A stretch of DNA of 64,000 nucleotides from Tricharina praecox (GCF_024521635.1 NW_026250408.1:930001-994000); one strand, 5' to 3'; counted from the stretch's first letter, positions 37,617 through 50,869 are shown. A program made the numbers and translations. Notes: generated by a model from the sequence alone, not told the origin.

Positions 37617-38788
37617 TTACCGCCAGACTGCGCCGGACACACCCGCGCTGGCGAGGACGGTCTGCACGTCGCGGGGATCGAAGCCCTCTAGCCGGCCCTG
37701 CTCGAGCTGGGCCAGGACCGGCCGGGCCTGGCTCTTCGAGGCGGGGATGAGACAGTTGACGATTCTATCCTCGAAGTCTGGCCATGGATATTCCATCGCG
37801 AGGCCTTCGAAGTGGGCCTCGAGCGTTCGTTCCGGCGGAGGAAGGAGCTGACAGTCAACGTCAGTACACGATCCACAGTGCGTGCGGAGCGGGGCGCAAA
37901 GAAAAAAACCTCCGATAGTCCCTTGGTGCGCAGCTCGCCAAACATATGCCCCACCGCACCATTATCGCCCGCAAACATCTCGTTGATCATGATCTCGTCA
38001 TCGGTGGCTTCGTCCATGTCCGCCCCCATGCTCGTGAGCCCGACGGCAAAGCACTCGTTCAGCGCGCCAACCCCGGTGCTTCCGTGGCACCGGTACTGCT
38101 CCAGCACCGCTTGCAGCATGAAATCTACCGTGTTGGCCATCCACGGCCACCTCACCTCACCGTCGCGCGCACTGATGTGTGCCGTCATCACCAGGAAGTC
38201 CCACAGCGCATCTCTCAGCGTAGCGGTGCCAAACAGCGAGGGCTCGGAGGTCAAGCCGAGGTGCTCTCGCAGCGCGGCGACGTTCCTCTTGAGTAGCTCC
38301 GGCGAGAACGGGGTTGCCGGCGGCGAAAATACTGCCGTCTCAGCTTCGGTGAGAACGGAAGCGTTGCCCCGGCCCTCGCGCCGCAACCAACCTTCGCTGC
38401 GTCGCCGACCGACATCGACGTCATGCGCGAGGTCAAGCGTAGTAACATCCACCCGTCGCAACATGGTCACCGCAAATCGACATATCCTGAGGCGCAGTAC
38501 GATGGGTTCCGGCAGGGGACTATTCGGATGCGAACGTTTAAACGACTGGTAGAAGCCTTGAAATTGCCAATCAGCCTCATCACCACAGGCGCGTGAGGGG
38601 GGGCACGTACTGTTCACCAACTTGATGGCCGTATCGCCGTTGCGCGTGGTCTCGGCATACTCGCTCTTGTTTCCGGTGCGCAGGCTACGGGCAGACAGCA
38701 GCGATGACGTGCAGTACCACAGGAGGTAGTCGAGGATTATCTCGTCCACGTGGAGACGTGTTGATGGGGCTTCCATGGCTGAGGGCAT
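37617..38788 (-). CDS. Conserved fungal hypothetical protein
   Basis: MPSAMEAPSTRLHVDEIILDYLLW...FMLQAVLEQY...; two introns; the last exon encodes PVLAQLEQGRLEGF. Confidence 0.7.
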
Positions 38789-39540
38789 GTTCTTCCTGTG
38801 TGGTGTGGTGGGTGCAGCGGGTGTAGTAGCGGGAATTAATATGTGTATGGGCGGCGCGTATCGGGTTGGGTGGTGGGGGCAGCCGTTGGAGGAAATTGGA
38901 TTCTCGTTGACGTTGACGTTTGTTTGATTTCGTTTCGTTATCGACAGGAACTTATCTATTCGCCAAAAGAGCAAGGGAGCGCGGAACGAAGAACGAGTGT
39001 TTTTTTCTTTTTTTCTTTTTTGCAGGCGCTGTGAAGAGAAGGAAGGAGTGTGGGATGGCAGTGGCCGAGAGAATGGCAGGTGGGAGGCAGGCCGAGATAT
39101 GTAATAAAGAACGAAAACGAGGGAGTGAGAGAAGTTGAAATTAGGAGCACGCTGTTCGCCGTGAAAGGGGAGGGGGATTCTTGCTGTCAGACTGCAAACG
39201 AACGGAAAGGGGAGAGAGAAGAGCGCAATGGCGGCAGCGGAGGGCGGGGAGAGAAGGAAGGAAAGAAGGAAGGAAGGGAAGGGGGGGGCACTCATCGGAA
39301 TGGAGACTTCGAGTTGACAAAATGCCGCTTGCTTCTGCTGCTAAGTCCAACAGCCAGAAACAGCCAAAAGCAAAAGCAAAATCCATAATCGACGTCTCGT
39401 GGCCGCTGAACAAACATCGGGCCCTATGATGCATAAGCCTTGGTTCCAACATCCTGACAAACGTCCGCACGTTCTCCTTCTTTTTTTTCCGGCTTCTGCC
39501 CCTCTTCCCGCGACTTCTTTGGACCTGGCGTCGCTCGTTC

Positions 39541-39660
39541 AGCCCAGTCCAGCCAGCCCAGCCAGCCCAGCCAGCCCAGCCAGCCCAGCCAGCCCAGCCA
39601 GCCCAGCCAGCCCAGCCAGCCCAGCCAGCCCAGCCAGCCCAGCCAGCCCAGCCCAGCCCA
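39541..39660. repeat. 9-bp minisatellite (CCAGCCAGC) x~13
   Basis: Read directly; it produces the spurious WAG/SPA/LAG ORFs. Confidence 0.95.
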
Positions 39661-40636
39661 ACCGGTCCCTTCCCGATCCCTTCCATCCCGTGTTTCGTCT
39701 CCGAAGATTCCTGCTGAGGCCGGCGCCATTCAGCCTCCGCGTGACTGTCTGGGCAGCCTTCTGTCCGTCCATCCGTCCGCCCGCCGCGCTTCGCACTTTG
39801 CAGCATCATCATCATCATCACTTGCACACCCGCATTATTGACGGACCTAGGCCCCAGGTACCGTACATATGTCGGTACTATACGATGATAGGCCCCCCCA
39901 CTCATCCATTTGCACAGCCACGATCTGATGCACAATCCGTCTTCTCGAACAGAAAGGAAAAGAAAAACGCACCCTAGCAGTATGCGTGGTACTTGTACCT
40001 GCATCTCACCCCGTTACTCTAGTCAGGGGCAGCGTCGCAGCGATGATGTCGGTATCATCATGTCCAGCTTTTGTGTTCGCAGATAACTTATGCCCCTTAT
40101 CACTGCAGGGCCCTGGGCCAGCCAGAGCACGCGCAAGGGGGCCACATGGGGATCGCTAAGCCCCTACTATGCTTCCCCCCACCCACCCATCCAACCCACC
40201 CCCCCGCACCGACTAACTACCCGCGTCCTTCGAACGTTGCCCATTTCCATCCGTGGATTGTTGCGTGCAGCGATGACCGCTTGGGTACGGTGTGTGCCTG
40301 TGATGGTGGTTGGTCGCGTTTTGGGAGCTGTCGTGACGAAACTGGTGGTGCTGGCTGGAATGGGTGCGACTGTGGCAATGGTGTAGGTAGAGTACACTAC
40401 TCTATGATGTGCGGGAAGGGAAGGGATTCTGAAGGGAAGCCCTTTACTCTACGTCACGTCACGTCTGGTCTACCGTCTGGCCGTGTGGTATCTGCCTGGG
40501 TAAGTTTTTTGCCATGCTGCGCACCCATCCCCATCCCCCATCTCGAGTCGGACCTGCCGACTGCCGACTGCACACTGCACACTACACACTGCACACATGC
40601 GCAATATCTAAGGTTCCGAAGCAGCTGCAAACGCTC

Positions 40637-40733
40637 CTGGCCTCGCTGCATCTTCTGCAGCCTCCCGGCCTCGCTGCATCTTCTGCAGCCTCCTGGCCTC
40701 GCTGCATCTTCTGCAGCCGAGCCTCGCTGCATC
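40637..40733. repeat. ~28-bp tandem repeat with core CCTCGCTGCATCTTCTGCAGCC, x3-4
   Basis: Read directly from the sequence. Confidence 0.85.
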
Positions 40734-41127
40734 CTCTATGTAAACACATGTCCTCACCATACCTACTGCTTCCTGCCCAGTTGCCAGTAACGGCTTCCCG
40801 TCGAGTACAGACGACAACGCCCCCCCTCCACTTCCCGGCGCGCAGCTGTTATTCGGCTGTGTATGTAGGGACATAAGGTACACAAATACTCCACAGTGCA
40901 CAGTTGCCTAGTGTGTACTCATGTAGAGTCGTGGTGCGCGTCAGAGACTCAGCGAGAGACACTCCAGAGTCCGAGTCCAAAGTCCAGAGTCCGAGTCCAA
41001 AGTCCAGAGTCCAGAGTCCACGGCTTACATATGGCCACCTCCTCGAGTACCTGAATACATAAACCCGTACATAAACCCCTCCATAGCCATGAACGATACG
41101 CGTCTCGGCCCCACGATGTCTCGGGGC

Positions 41128-41129
<2 letters not shown>

Positions 41130-41184
<55 letters not shown>

Positions 41185-41252
41185 CACTTCACTGTCAATT
41201 CACTGTCAATTCACTGTCAATTCACTGTCAATTCACCGTCAATTCACTGTCA
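41130..41252. repeat. (CA)n microsatellite followed by an 11-bp repeat (TTCACTGTCAA) x~6
   Basis: Read directly from the sequence. Confidence 0.9.
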
Positions 41253-41770
41253 CATATGGCCCATTTAGGCTGTGGCTACAATGTCTCGGGGACGAGGAGG
41301 ATGTTTCACCGACAGACGAAAACACGACTTCAAGTGATTTCACGTGAATGTGGTGTCCTCCAACTAATGGGTATTGTATTGTAAGGCACTGTCTTCCAGA
41401 CAGATCATGCTATGTGTCGCTATCACTAGAGCTAGAGCTACGTAAAGCAAGTGCCGCAACTGCGACGAAACAGTAACCAGCAAACAATCAAACAACCAAC
41501 GCTCGTCATCGTCCTCGACATCAACCATCAATCGACGATTCTTCCGTCCAACCCATCCAACCAACCAACTAACGCCAAACAGCCATGCGATGTCCCAGTG
41601 CAATCTACAAGCACAACAATGAAAATGAAAGAAAAAGAACTGCCGAAAAAAAGGCGATCAGGAACGCCAGCTCATGTAAATGCCAGAGAAGAGAAGAGAA
41701 GAAACGACAAGAAAGCACAAACGCCACTAAAATGTATGTCAAGTTGTCGCCAGCACGCAAGAAAACCCCA

Positions 41771-43027
41771 TCAAGCCTCGCCCCTCCCCAGAATCGCAAT
41801 GATCTTCTGATCCGCCTTGCGATTCTCCAGGAGGGTTTTCAGACGATGCACCAGCTCTACCTTCGTACCAGTGACCTGCACGTCCTTGTTACACTTCGCG
41901 TGGAGCTCGAGGTTGCGCTTGAGCACCAGCAGGCTCATCGCATCGACCTTGTCCGGATCCTCGATGTAGCCCGCCGGGATCTCGACACAGTACTTTTCGT
42001 GCAGGTTGTTGATCGTGGTGATGGCGTGCGCAGGGATGCTGAGCAATCTGCAGCCCGGCGCGAGATCGTCCAGCGCGAGACGCCGCAGCGCGGGTAGCGA
42101 TAGGTTGGTGCCCCGGAGGTAGAGGCTCTTGAGACGGTGCAAGGGGCGGATCGTTAGCCGCGCCTCGTCGTTGATCGACGGGTTGTTCGAGATGTTGAGC
42201 GAGGTCAGTGTGTGCCGGTGGCAGACTATGTAGTGGAGAGCTAGGTTCGAGATTCCGGTGCCGGTGAGGTCGAGGACGGCGAGCGAGGGGAGCACGCGGA
42301 GCAGTGCGATGTCATCGGACGACACGGTTGTGTTGCGGAGTATGATGGTGCTGAGCTTCAGGAAACGGTTCGGGCTGAATAGCGGAGCGAGGAGCTGCGT
42401 GGACGGGAAGGCGGGGATCGAGAAGCTGCCGTCGCTGGCGGGGGAGCTGAGGTCCAGCTTGGCGATCCGGGTGTCGGCGAAGGTGGTGAGCAGCGCGGGT
42501 GTCCAAAGCCCTAGCAAGTCAGCTATCTTTCTCGAATTTCATGCAAGTGGGATGCAACTTTTGAGGGAGACAAAGTCGGAAGCTTCCTGAATCTCATCCT
42601 CGTCGATGAGAGATTTCAGATGCTCAATGTCGGAGGAGTGGCCTTCCAGATGCTTGCGAATCTCGGAGCCTTGCTTGTGGGCAGCCTTCGAGACTGGAAC
42701 GGGGGATGTAGCCTTCTGGGACACCGTATTGTGGGGCGATGACGGTGCTAATTGAGACGCTGGCAACGGCAACGACTCTGCCGTTTCGTGCTTGACGGCT
42801 CCGACCTTGGCATCGACCTTGGTATCGGCCTCCCGACGACGTTTTGTGTCCCGCGAATTGGCAGTCTTCGCACCGAGGGCGGGTCTCTTTGGCGTCGGTC
42901 CGGATCCAGTTTCGGCAGCGACGGTGGCATCGGAGTCGGGCTGCTTTCGCTTGTTTCTCGGCGAGGATCTCGTGGGCGCAACACTGTCGGCGAAAATCTC
43001 AAGCTTCCTCGTCCGTTTTGGAGGCAT
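41771..43027 (-). CDS. Leucine-rich repeat protein with basic N-terminus and a possible C-terminal SAP-like helix pair
   Basis: LxxLxL repeats (LAVLDLTGTGI, LTSLNISNN, LKSLYLRGT) and C-terminal MSLLVLKRNL...VTGTKVELVHRL; one intron near 42511-42559. Confidence 0.75.
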
Positions 43028-43533
43028 GTCGGATTCTTGTGCTGGTGTACGGAGCGATTGTCGTGTTGCCGTGTTGTGCTGCAGTGGTGTTGTAGTCTAC
43101 CGCAGCGCGTTGTGGGAGCTTGAGTCCTTGACGGCGACGGTTCTAAGCGAGTGAGGCTGAACAGCGGCCGCGCCACGAGTCGGTGAACATGTGATCACCG
43201 GCACTCCACAATGATTCGTGCTTTTTAATCTCTCCCCAATGAGGAAAATTGCTAATGTTTTCCTGGCATCCTCTCCGAAGAATCCGCTTCATAATCACAA
43301 AACGCGCATCATCCTTAAAGATGTCGCAACTTGCGTGGTGATGATCATCGCCACTTAGCTCTCTAGCACTCTACTACTGCTCCTCCATATCATCCTATCG
43401 CATCCCCGCCACCAAGAGACCCCGCTTCAGCTCAAAACAAAACCACTACTCGTACTTCACCGCCGCCTGGCCTGCATACCAGTCACTCAAATACTCATTA
43501 ATATTATGCAGACATCGGTCTTCTCTCCACCTC

Positions 43534-45352
43534 ATGACTATCCGTGATGCCATACTGTCGCTTCCCGAGGAAGTCCTTACCGCCATCGTTTCGCTCGTAT
43601 CCGACAGCTGCCTGGTCAACGTCTCGCAGGTCTGCAGGAAGCTCAATCGGATATGTAGCTCGCCGCTCGAGATGCGTCAGCGTTGCATCCGCCTGCGATG
43701 GTGGGAGGAGCGCCACAAGATCGAGGAGAAGAAGCGGCTTCCCCGCATCACCGACGTCGACTGGCGCGGTCTGTTTCTGTACCGGTTCCGAGTGGGACTC
43801 GCCACTACACACCTGCTCGACCAGATAATCGCGAACCCGGCGAACCACATCATCAACTTCAATCACATCGTCGACTTTGGGTATGATGCGAAAGACTGTT
43901 TGAAAGTGCACGCGGACGTGTCGGACGACGAGGTCGACGACCCGTTGGCGCGGAGGTACCATGCCACGGCTGCGATCCGGTACATTCACCGTCGGCGCGC
44001 ACTGGCGATCTGGGACCGCGTCCGTCGGGTTGATGACGTACCGCTCGAGGTGGCACTGCTAGCACTCGACCTCTTCATCACGACGACGCCCGAGCCCGAC
44101 GTCGACGAATACGTGGCGGACATCGATGGCCTCGCCGCAGCCTTCCTCGCCGCGACTCCAAAGTTCTCGAGTTTCGTCGAGACGGAGGAGAAGGCGGTGA
44201 CACTGATCAAGTGGATGTGGAGCCAAGGCTTCAGTGGCTTCAATGGCGCCCAGATGGTGCGATACCGCGCCCTCAAGAACGTCTTCATCGGGTTGACAAT
44301 CCGCACGATCCGCACCGCAATCCCACTAACCCTCGTCGCGATCTTCTGCGCGATCGCGCGCCGAGTCGGCATCACCGCACATCCATGTGCATACCCGGGC
44401 CACGTGCTCGCAATCGTCGAAGACCCAACAACGGGGCGGTACCAGTACTACGACGTCTTCCGCGGACCGGACAAGGACCCGCGTGCTGACAGAGCCAACC
44501 TGTTGGAAGGTCTCACACCCGACCAGCTCAAGGTGTTGGCGCCCGCCAGCGTCTCCGCCATGGTCATCCGCGCCGCACAGAACCTGATCAGTACGCTACA
44601 GCTACAGCCGATGGAGCTCTTGGAGGTGAACCGGGGATACCCGAATATATGCGAGCACTCGGCGCTGTACGCCGCTCTGACGGCGATGGTGGTGCTCAGC
44701 GTTGCCAGGCCGTCCATGCAGGTCGTCGAACACATGACGCGGCAGATCCCGGCGGACTTTCCAATGGACGTGCGCTTCCTCGAAGAGGAGCTGCTGCCCA
44801 GGGTCGACGTTTCCGGACGGCAGTTTCTGGAAAATGTCTGCGGTGCTCTCCGCGCCGATACACTGCCGCCGGTTTCGCGGAGGGATAACCCCGAGAACAG
44901 GAGTGTCTTGGTAATAGCCGTCTATATACTCAACTCGTGCGTCACCCATTAACTTCCGACGTGTAGCACCGTGTCGGCACCGTGTTCAAACACCGACGAT
45001 ACGATTTCATCGGCGCCATCTTCGGCTGGACGAACGAGTGCCGCTCGATCGAGGGTGAGGGCGAGGAATGGATCAGCGAGAGGGTGAACGTGGAGAACAC
45101 TCCTCGGGGACGGAACCAGCCGTTCTACCACGTGTTGTACGTTCCATCTCTCCCTCCAGCGCGCAGGACTGACAGTCCGCGAACAGAGTCGACGACGGCA
45201 CGGTCCGCTACATCGCTGAGGAAAACATCCAGCCAATCCGCCCCAAGAATGTCGATGCCCTGATTATGCTGGCCGGGAAATACTTCAAGAGATTCGATCC
45301 TACCGAGGGACGGTTCGTGAGTAATGTCAAGGTCGAGTTTCCCGACGATTAG
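43534..45352 (+). CDS. F-box protein, FBXO21-like (F-box, transglutaminase-like core, YccV/HspQ-like domain)
   Basis: ILSLPEEVLTAIV...VSQVCRKL; IPLTLVAIFCAIARRVG...YPGHV; VGTVFKHRRYDFIGAIFGW...QPFYHVL...RYIAEENI; ends EFPDD*. Confidence 0.88.
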
Positions 45353-46871
45353 ATGGGTGGATGCACGTTTCGTTTATGGATTTATGCTATGTTATGTGCT
45401 AGATCTTAGATATGGTGATGGGCATTGGATTGGATCGGTTCACTCGTTATGATCTGTACGTTAGAGAAGAGGTCGCTTGCATGTAAAAATGACTAATGCT
45501 ACACTGATACCTCTCTGTTGGGTCTGGTTCATCACGATCGTTGTTTTCGGGTTCGAGATCTTGGATATCACTCGTGTTGCCGTTACCATATCTGTTGATA
45601 TTATGCGTCTTATTGCCTGTTCCGGTGTCACTGCTACTCCACTGTCCTTTGCATACTGCCCTCATTTCCTTCATGGCTGCCAGAGTCAGCCTCTTTAGCT
45701 AAAAAGCCTTTAAACCCCCAGCCCAGTCCGGCGCATCCTCTTTGAGGCCCGGCTTCCTCGTCGTCTGCACGAGCTCGTTTCCGTTTATGAGCAGTCTCCT
45801 TTCTCTTCTTTCTCGTATCAAATATAGCAGTCAAGTCATGTTCTTCTCTCAATTCCAATGGCATTTTCGCACAATCCACCGTGCTTGCCTTACCGTGGAT
45901 ATCGTGTCTCCTTATAGATGGCCTGTGCTCTTCCCGCAGCCAGTACTAATCGTCCTGCTTTGTCGTCCTACAGTAGGTATCAGGCCTACCTCGCCACAGA
46001 TAGCACACCGTCGTTGCTGCAGTGCATAACCTACCGTCCTCGCCGCAAAACACGGCGTATCGTTCGTTCGCCGATTCAACCTTCGACAGGCGTATCTACA
46101 AACCGCCGTTCCGCAATCGCCATCTACATAATTCCCACCTCGGGTAGCAAAGACGTGGTATATCAAGCCCTTGACGGCCACAAACTCTCCAAAAGACATC
46201 GCACCGATGGATATGTACTGCCGCACGAGATATCACTCGTTAAACCTGAGCACACGGAAATCACACCCCACTGACGTTGTGAAATAAGCCCTGGAAGCTC
46301 GGGTTTTACCGGTGGCCCTTTATGATACTGCGATGTCGCTTTGCGGACGCTACCGCGATAACTGCTGGTCGTGGGAAGGCGTGGAAGCGGTCTAGGTGTT
46401 CAGGTGTCCGGAATCCGGATTATGCTCGGAATTCAAAGCCTCGTTGTGAATAGCCACTGAAATGATGAATTACTGTGTGTGCACTAGTATTGTGTCTATA
46501 GTAAAGAAGGGAGGCTGTAGCCTCGAGTATAGAAAAGTGGCGAAGGCCCGCGCCTTTCCACGATGACAAGGTGGATATCGAGTGAGATATCACAACACCT
46601 GAGAAGTCGCCATTTTCATTTTTCCTTTATTTGCCTCTGAGAGTTCCATAGCCTTCAGTACTGCTACGCGAGGTGGCCTGATATACAGCCTCTCTCTTCC
46701 ACCGTAGTTTCGATAGCCTAGACCGCCGGACAAAAACCAGCCTCATCTTATGTCGACATTCGCGTCCAAAACCGAGTGATCGCGTATGGTTTTTGGGTTT
46801 CCGCTGCGTCAAAGCAGTTTCTAGAGCGACTGCATCATATTGTATGAGTTCTGGGGGTTGAGGGCAAGATT

Positions 46872-46976
46872 TCCGCTAGCAGAACGACCAACGCAATCCG
46901 CCCAACAGCTATACCCACGAACTTCACGACCAATCTCACCTCCACTAGCAGAACGACCAACGCAATCCGCCCAACA
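46872..46976. repeat. Direct duplication of ~35 bp (CTAGCAGAACGACCAACGCAATCCGCCCAACA) upstream of the large orphan ORF
   Basis: Two copies about 70 bp apart. Confidence 0.85.
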
Positions 46977-47156
46977 CTTCCGCAGACCCTGTCTCTGCCG
47001 AGTAGTTTTCTACCAAACTGACGTCGGTTTAGAAGTACGGTGCGAGCCGAACAGGGCCCTAATCCTAGTAGGTTTTAATCCGATTTTCTATACATTTCCG
47101 AGCCTCCGGGTGCGGTGGTTACCCGAGTTGATTTCTGACCACCAACACGGACCACC

Positions 47157-50100
47157 ATGTCAAAGCGTGCCCACACCGAGAAGGGTGTGCCATCAAGTCC
47201 GCTGCCTCGTCCCGGAAAGCGTGCCGCAACGGGGAACAAGACCTTGGGACTCACACAGCAGTCTTCTCTGGCCTCGATTAAGAGTGCCTGCTGGTCAACG
47301 ATAAGGGAGAGGATGGCCAAACAAGGAGCAATCCTGTCGGCGATCAATGAGAAACTTCACCACCACATCACCGACGGCATTGCTGATGATCCTGACATGA
47401 AGGGGCTTTTGCTCAAGCTCCTTGCTCATCCGATAAGCATCCAAGACGAAGAGCTGGCCCGCATGTTCACATTGAGGGTACTTTCAAAGTCGAGTATTCC
47501 TGCTGTCGACATAGAGAGGCCTTTCTACGTGCGCAGCTGCACCATCACCGCCGGACAACTCCGTCAAATCGTGGAAGACTGGAAAGACGACTTCTTGTTC
47601 TTCGAGGAAGGAGATCTGTGGGTCGACTATCTCAACACGGCAAGTGTGGCGGATACAGACAGTGTCTCCATTCGTTATGTCGGGATGACTGTCAAGGGCT
47701 TTACCGGATACAGTCGCTCCTTGAAAGACTTGCAGGACCGTAGGTACGGCATGTTGTCTGCGTTCTGCAATGCTCTAGCTACCCGGTTCCCGGAGGTGCT
47801 CATACCACCGGGCTGCTGGAAAGTATACGAGTTTTCGGATGCAAACATCGGTGGCCATATCCTTCCCGGAGAACAACCCTTCAGCAATACGAGGGAGCGT
47901 GTGCTGGTTGCTCTTCTTGGGGGGCCATACACTCTAAATCGGCAGATCGGAGGGTATTACCATTCCTACAAGATCTTGGATGTGGACGCACAGAGGTTCA
48001 CTACTTTACATACCTCACTCTTTCAGAGAGTTGTCCGCTTTGGAAGTGTGCGCAATGACCCTTATGTCGATGCGGCTATCAAGCGGTGGGCGGAAGCTTT
48101 GTACAGGTTCGCCACTGAGAACCCCGAAGCAACCAAGACCGACCGGATCCCTCTGCCGGACGATTGGTTGACGGTGAACATCGCACAGGCAACACCAATA
48201 TTCTTTGCTGAGCACGTACTGTTTGCCTTGGTGGGCAAGGACATCACTCACGATGACTTTACTCGCTGTTGCCCCTTCTTTTCGCCTCACGGGCCCGAGC
48301 GGTCACGCACAGCAGCACTGACGACATATATTCTATCTCAGTTGCACACGATCGAGAACGGTTTCAGAATCCTTTCGCCCATACCTTTTCACTCGGGCAT
48401 GTTCCCATTGGTGAATCTGTTTCCTTGGATAGGACAGGGCAAAGTGCTCGACATGATTGGATACTTGCGACAATACTTTGCGGCTGCTCGCCCGCTCATT
48501 GCCATCGGGATGGGGTACACCGTTTGCTCGGTGATGAAAGCCAACTTCCTCCATCAGTACGGGATGAGGCAGAAGGATTCCTTCTTGAAGTACGTTGGCG
48601 TCCCCACCTTGCAGTATCGCGATACCACTTGGCTCCTTAGTGTCGACAAGGACGCACATCCAGATCCGGAGAGTGCGTTCATACTCATCCCCCACATCCA
48701 TCCCGGGAGAGATAAATACTACAACCAGCCAGAATCCCTCCGTCGAGTGCTCGTTTTGACCTGGATGCTCGCCATCGCTATGGGAGAGCTTTCAGCGGGC
48801 CTACTACAGGGCGCCTCCGAGACCGGCGCAACACACCTTCATGTTAACAGGGAGACAATCTGTCGCCAGATATTGGAGGCCGCCACACGGAGTGACCCGA
48901 TGGTGCAGCTTCAAGCCGAGCTAGACCATGTCAAAGCAGCACTCCGAAACGATTGGAAAGGGAATGTCCGCAGAGATGACGCCTCGGAGACCAAACGTCA
49001 GGCTCTCTCCGACGGAGCAGAGAGACGAATTTCCAGATACGGATTCGCCGAAGGTCTTCCCAAGTCCGAGCCCCGCCGTGAACAAACCCTCCAATTGTGG
49101 AGATTGGGCTATCCAGACCTGCGTATAGGCTTCAGCGATTCAGACGCCGATAAGGAAAAGTGGTTGAACTGGGCCAACTCCATCGAGGAAGGAAGGTCCT
49201 ACTTCTCGTCCTTCTTGGCAACTAAGTACTTCGAGAAAGCGACCGAGGAGAAACCGGAACTGTTAACCCTGCTACCTGGAGAGAACCTGAACCGAGAGGA
49301 GATGAAGGTTTTGATGGACAAGTTGGAGCAGGGAGCGATGTTGAGGAACCTGGACACCTCCAACCCGGACGAAGCCTTGAACGTTGTACGACTTCAAGCT
49401 TTCTGGCCCCACAGAGTGAAGGCGGAAGACCTCGAGCAGTACGAGCCGCACGAGTTCGTCGAGAACCTGCAGAACCAGAAGGTCAAGATGAACCGATCCA
49501 AAATCGTCACATTGTACTGGAAGGATCCCAACGGGAAAAATGTCAAGCTGGAACTACGTGCTCCCCTTAGTACACCAGCGAGCGGCGATCGATTCGTTCG
49601 CTTTGAGGACATAGGCATAGCTCTGTTCGACGCCTCGGGAAAAGTCTTCCTGCCGGCTACTAAAGTGGCAGCCATCACTTGGCCATTGTCATCCCTCGCG
49701 CAGCTTTGCCGAGCTGCAGACATCAAGCGCTGCTGGGAGAGCCAGACCGGTAAAAGGTGGCCGTCAGTGGCATCTTCCCTGCCCCCCGCCCCCGGAGTTG
49801 CTGTGTATTCTGCTGCTTTCTACGGCCAGAAGAGAAGACCGCCGCCATTGGGGAAGAAGAAGCTCGCCCAGTACACTTCCAGGTCCATAGTTCGGGGAGA
49901 CGCCGCGTGGCTCATCAAGGAATTCCTCGACGAGCGATTCCCTGACGGTGGAAAGGTCTTTGCGGCGCCGCTGGGGACTTGGCCAGAGAAGGACGCGGAG
50001 CACATCCGGTTGCTTTTGTCCGAGTTCGTGGAGCGCCCACTCTACTACTACCATCCCTTCCGAAGCGATTGGTTGGACATCCTGAACGACGCCCGCCCCC

Positions 50101-50237
50101 AGGCGATCTCGATCATCAAGGAAAATATTCACCTGTGCCGGCCAATCACCTGGACCCAGAGGGTGATGAAGGACTTGAGGTCCTCCGGTAGGGGTCAGCT
50201 AGGGGGAAAGTATTGGCACTTCGGAGCGAGGATGTAG
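47157..50237 (+). CDS. Intronless 1026-aa orphan protein; putative GIY-YIG-like nuclease plus UDG-superfamily-like fold
   Basis: Uninterrupted 3.08-kb ORF with globular composition. Motifs IRYVGMT...R...ERVLVALLG..TLNRQIGG and LVGKD, PLVNLFPW, RPLIAIGMG, IPHIHPG. The domain calls are by-eye inference. Confidence 0.75.
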   Translation: MSKRAHTEKGVPSSPLPRPGKRAATGNKTLGLTQQSSLASIKSACWSTIRERMAKQGAILSAINEKLHHHITDGIADDPDMKGLLLKLLAHPISIQDEELARMFTLRVLSKSSIPAVDIERPFYVRSCTITAGQLRQIVEDWKDDFLFFEEGDLWVDYLNTASVADTDSVSIRYVGMTVKGFTGYSRSLKDLQDRRYGMLSAFCNALATRFPEVLIPPGCWKVYEFSDANIGGHILPGEQPFSNTRERVLVALLGGPYTLNRQIGGYYHSYKILDVDAQRFTTLHTSLFQRVVRFGSVRNDPYVDAAIKRWAEALYRFATENPEATKTDRIPLPDDWLTVNIAQATPIFFAEHVLFALVGKDITHDDFTRCCPFFSPHGPERSRTAALTTYILSQLHTIENGFRILSPIPFHSGMFPLVNLFPWIGQGKVLDMIGYLRQYFAAARPLIAIGMGYTVCSVMKANFLHQYGMRQKDSFLKYVGVPTLQYRDTTWLLSVDKDAHPDPESAFILIPHIHPGRDKYYNQPESLRRVLVLTWMLAIAMGELSAGLLQGASETGATHLHVNRETICRQILEAATRSDPMVQLQAELDHVKAALRNDWKGNVRRDDASETKRQALSDGAERRISRYGFAEGLPKSEPRREQTLQLWRLGYPDLRIGFSDSDADKEKWLNWANSIEEGRSYFSSFLATKYFEKATEEKPELLTLLPGENLNREEMKVLMDKLEQGAMLRNLDTSNPDEALNVVRLQAFWPHRVKAEDLEQYEPHEFVENLQNQKVKMNRSKIVTLYWKDPNGKNVKLELRAPLSTPASGDRFVRFEDIGIALFDASGKVFLPATKVAAITWPLSSLAQLCRAADIKRCWESQTGKRWPSVASSLPPAPGVAVYSAAFYGQKRRPPPLGKKKLAQYTSRSIVRGDAAWLIKEFLDERFPDGGKVFAAPLGTWPEKDAEHIRLLLSEFVERPLYYYHPFRSDWLDILNDARPQAISIIKENIHLCRPITWTQRVMKDLRSSGRGQLGGKYWHFGARM

Positions 50238-50869
50238 GGCGGCGGGGACTTGGTCTGAAATGAAAATGGTGGGGAGAGTGCGATGGAGGCGAGGATGGGG
50301 AGACTGCGATACTGGGGGTACGAATGAAATGATTGTTGGGACCATGTGTGAACCGTCCGTGATAGTATCTGTAGAACTAGTAGACATACTGCATTGGAAA
50401 CACTGATCTGAAGGATTATTTACCTTTCAAGGGCTGTCGTTGTCAGTCGTGACCAACACTCGATGCTGTCAGTACCATGATTCCCTGGATCGTAGAAATT
50501 GAGTTCGCGGGCTATTCTAGGGACTGCAACCACTTTGCCCCATCCAAAAAAGTGAAACGATGAGCGGCCTGTACCTGATGGGACGATTGGGGGATGAGTC
50601 GTTGATGTTAGGCGGGCGAACGATTGATTGATGATGGTAAAGGTCTTGGTACAGATAGAAGGTCCACAAGAGAGTCCCACAGCTCCGCTCCTCGTCCCCC
50701 CTCACCAGCCTAGAAACCGCTTACAACAGATGTAACGCTCCACATCGATTGTACCCCTGAAGTGAGAGTTAAAGGGCTGCTTTTCATGTTGGCTACCGCA
50801 CCTGAAGTTTGATAGCATTAGCCGATGGTGGGGAATGGGAGAGGTTGAGGCTACTACAGTATGAAACCT

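Noticed and set aside
39141..40004. 287-aa and overlapping ORFs with WAG/SPA/LAG repeats
   Set aside because: They are translations of the 9-bp minisatellite and low-complexity DNA, open in several frames on both strands.
45634..46226. Short Cys-containing minus-strand ORFs at the island edge
   Set aside because: Possibly a decayed gene, but I could not build a coherent spliced model or recognise a domain.
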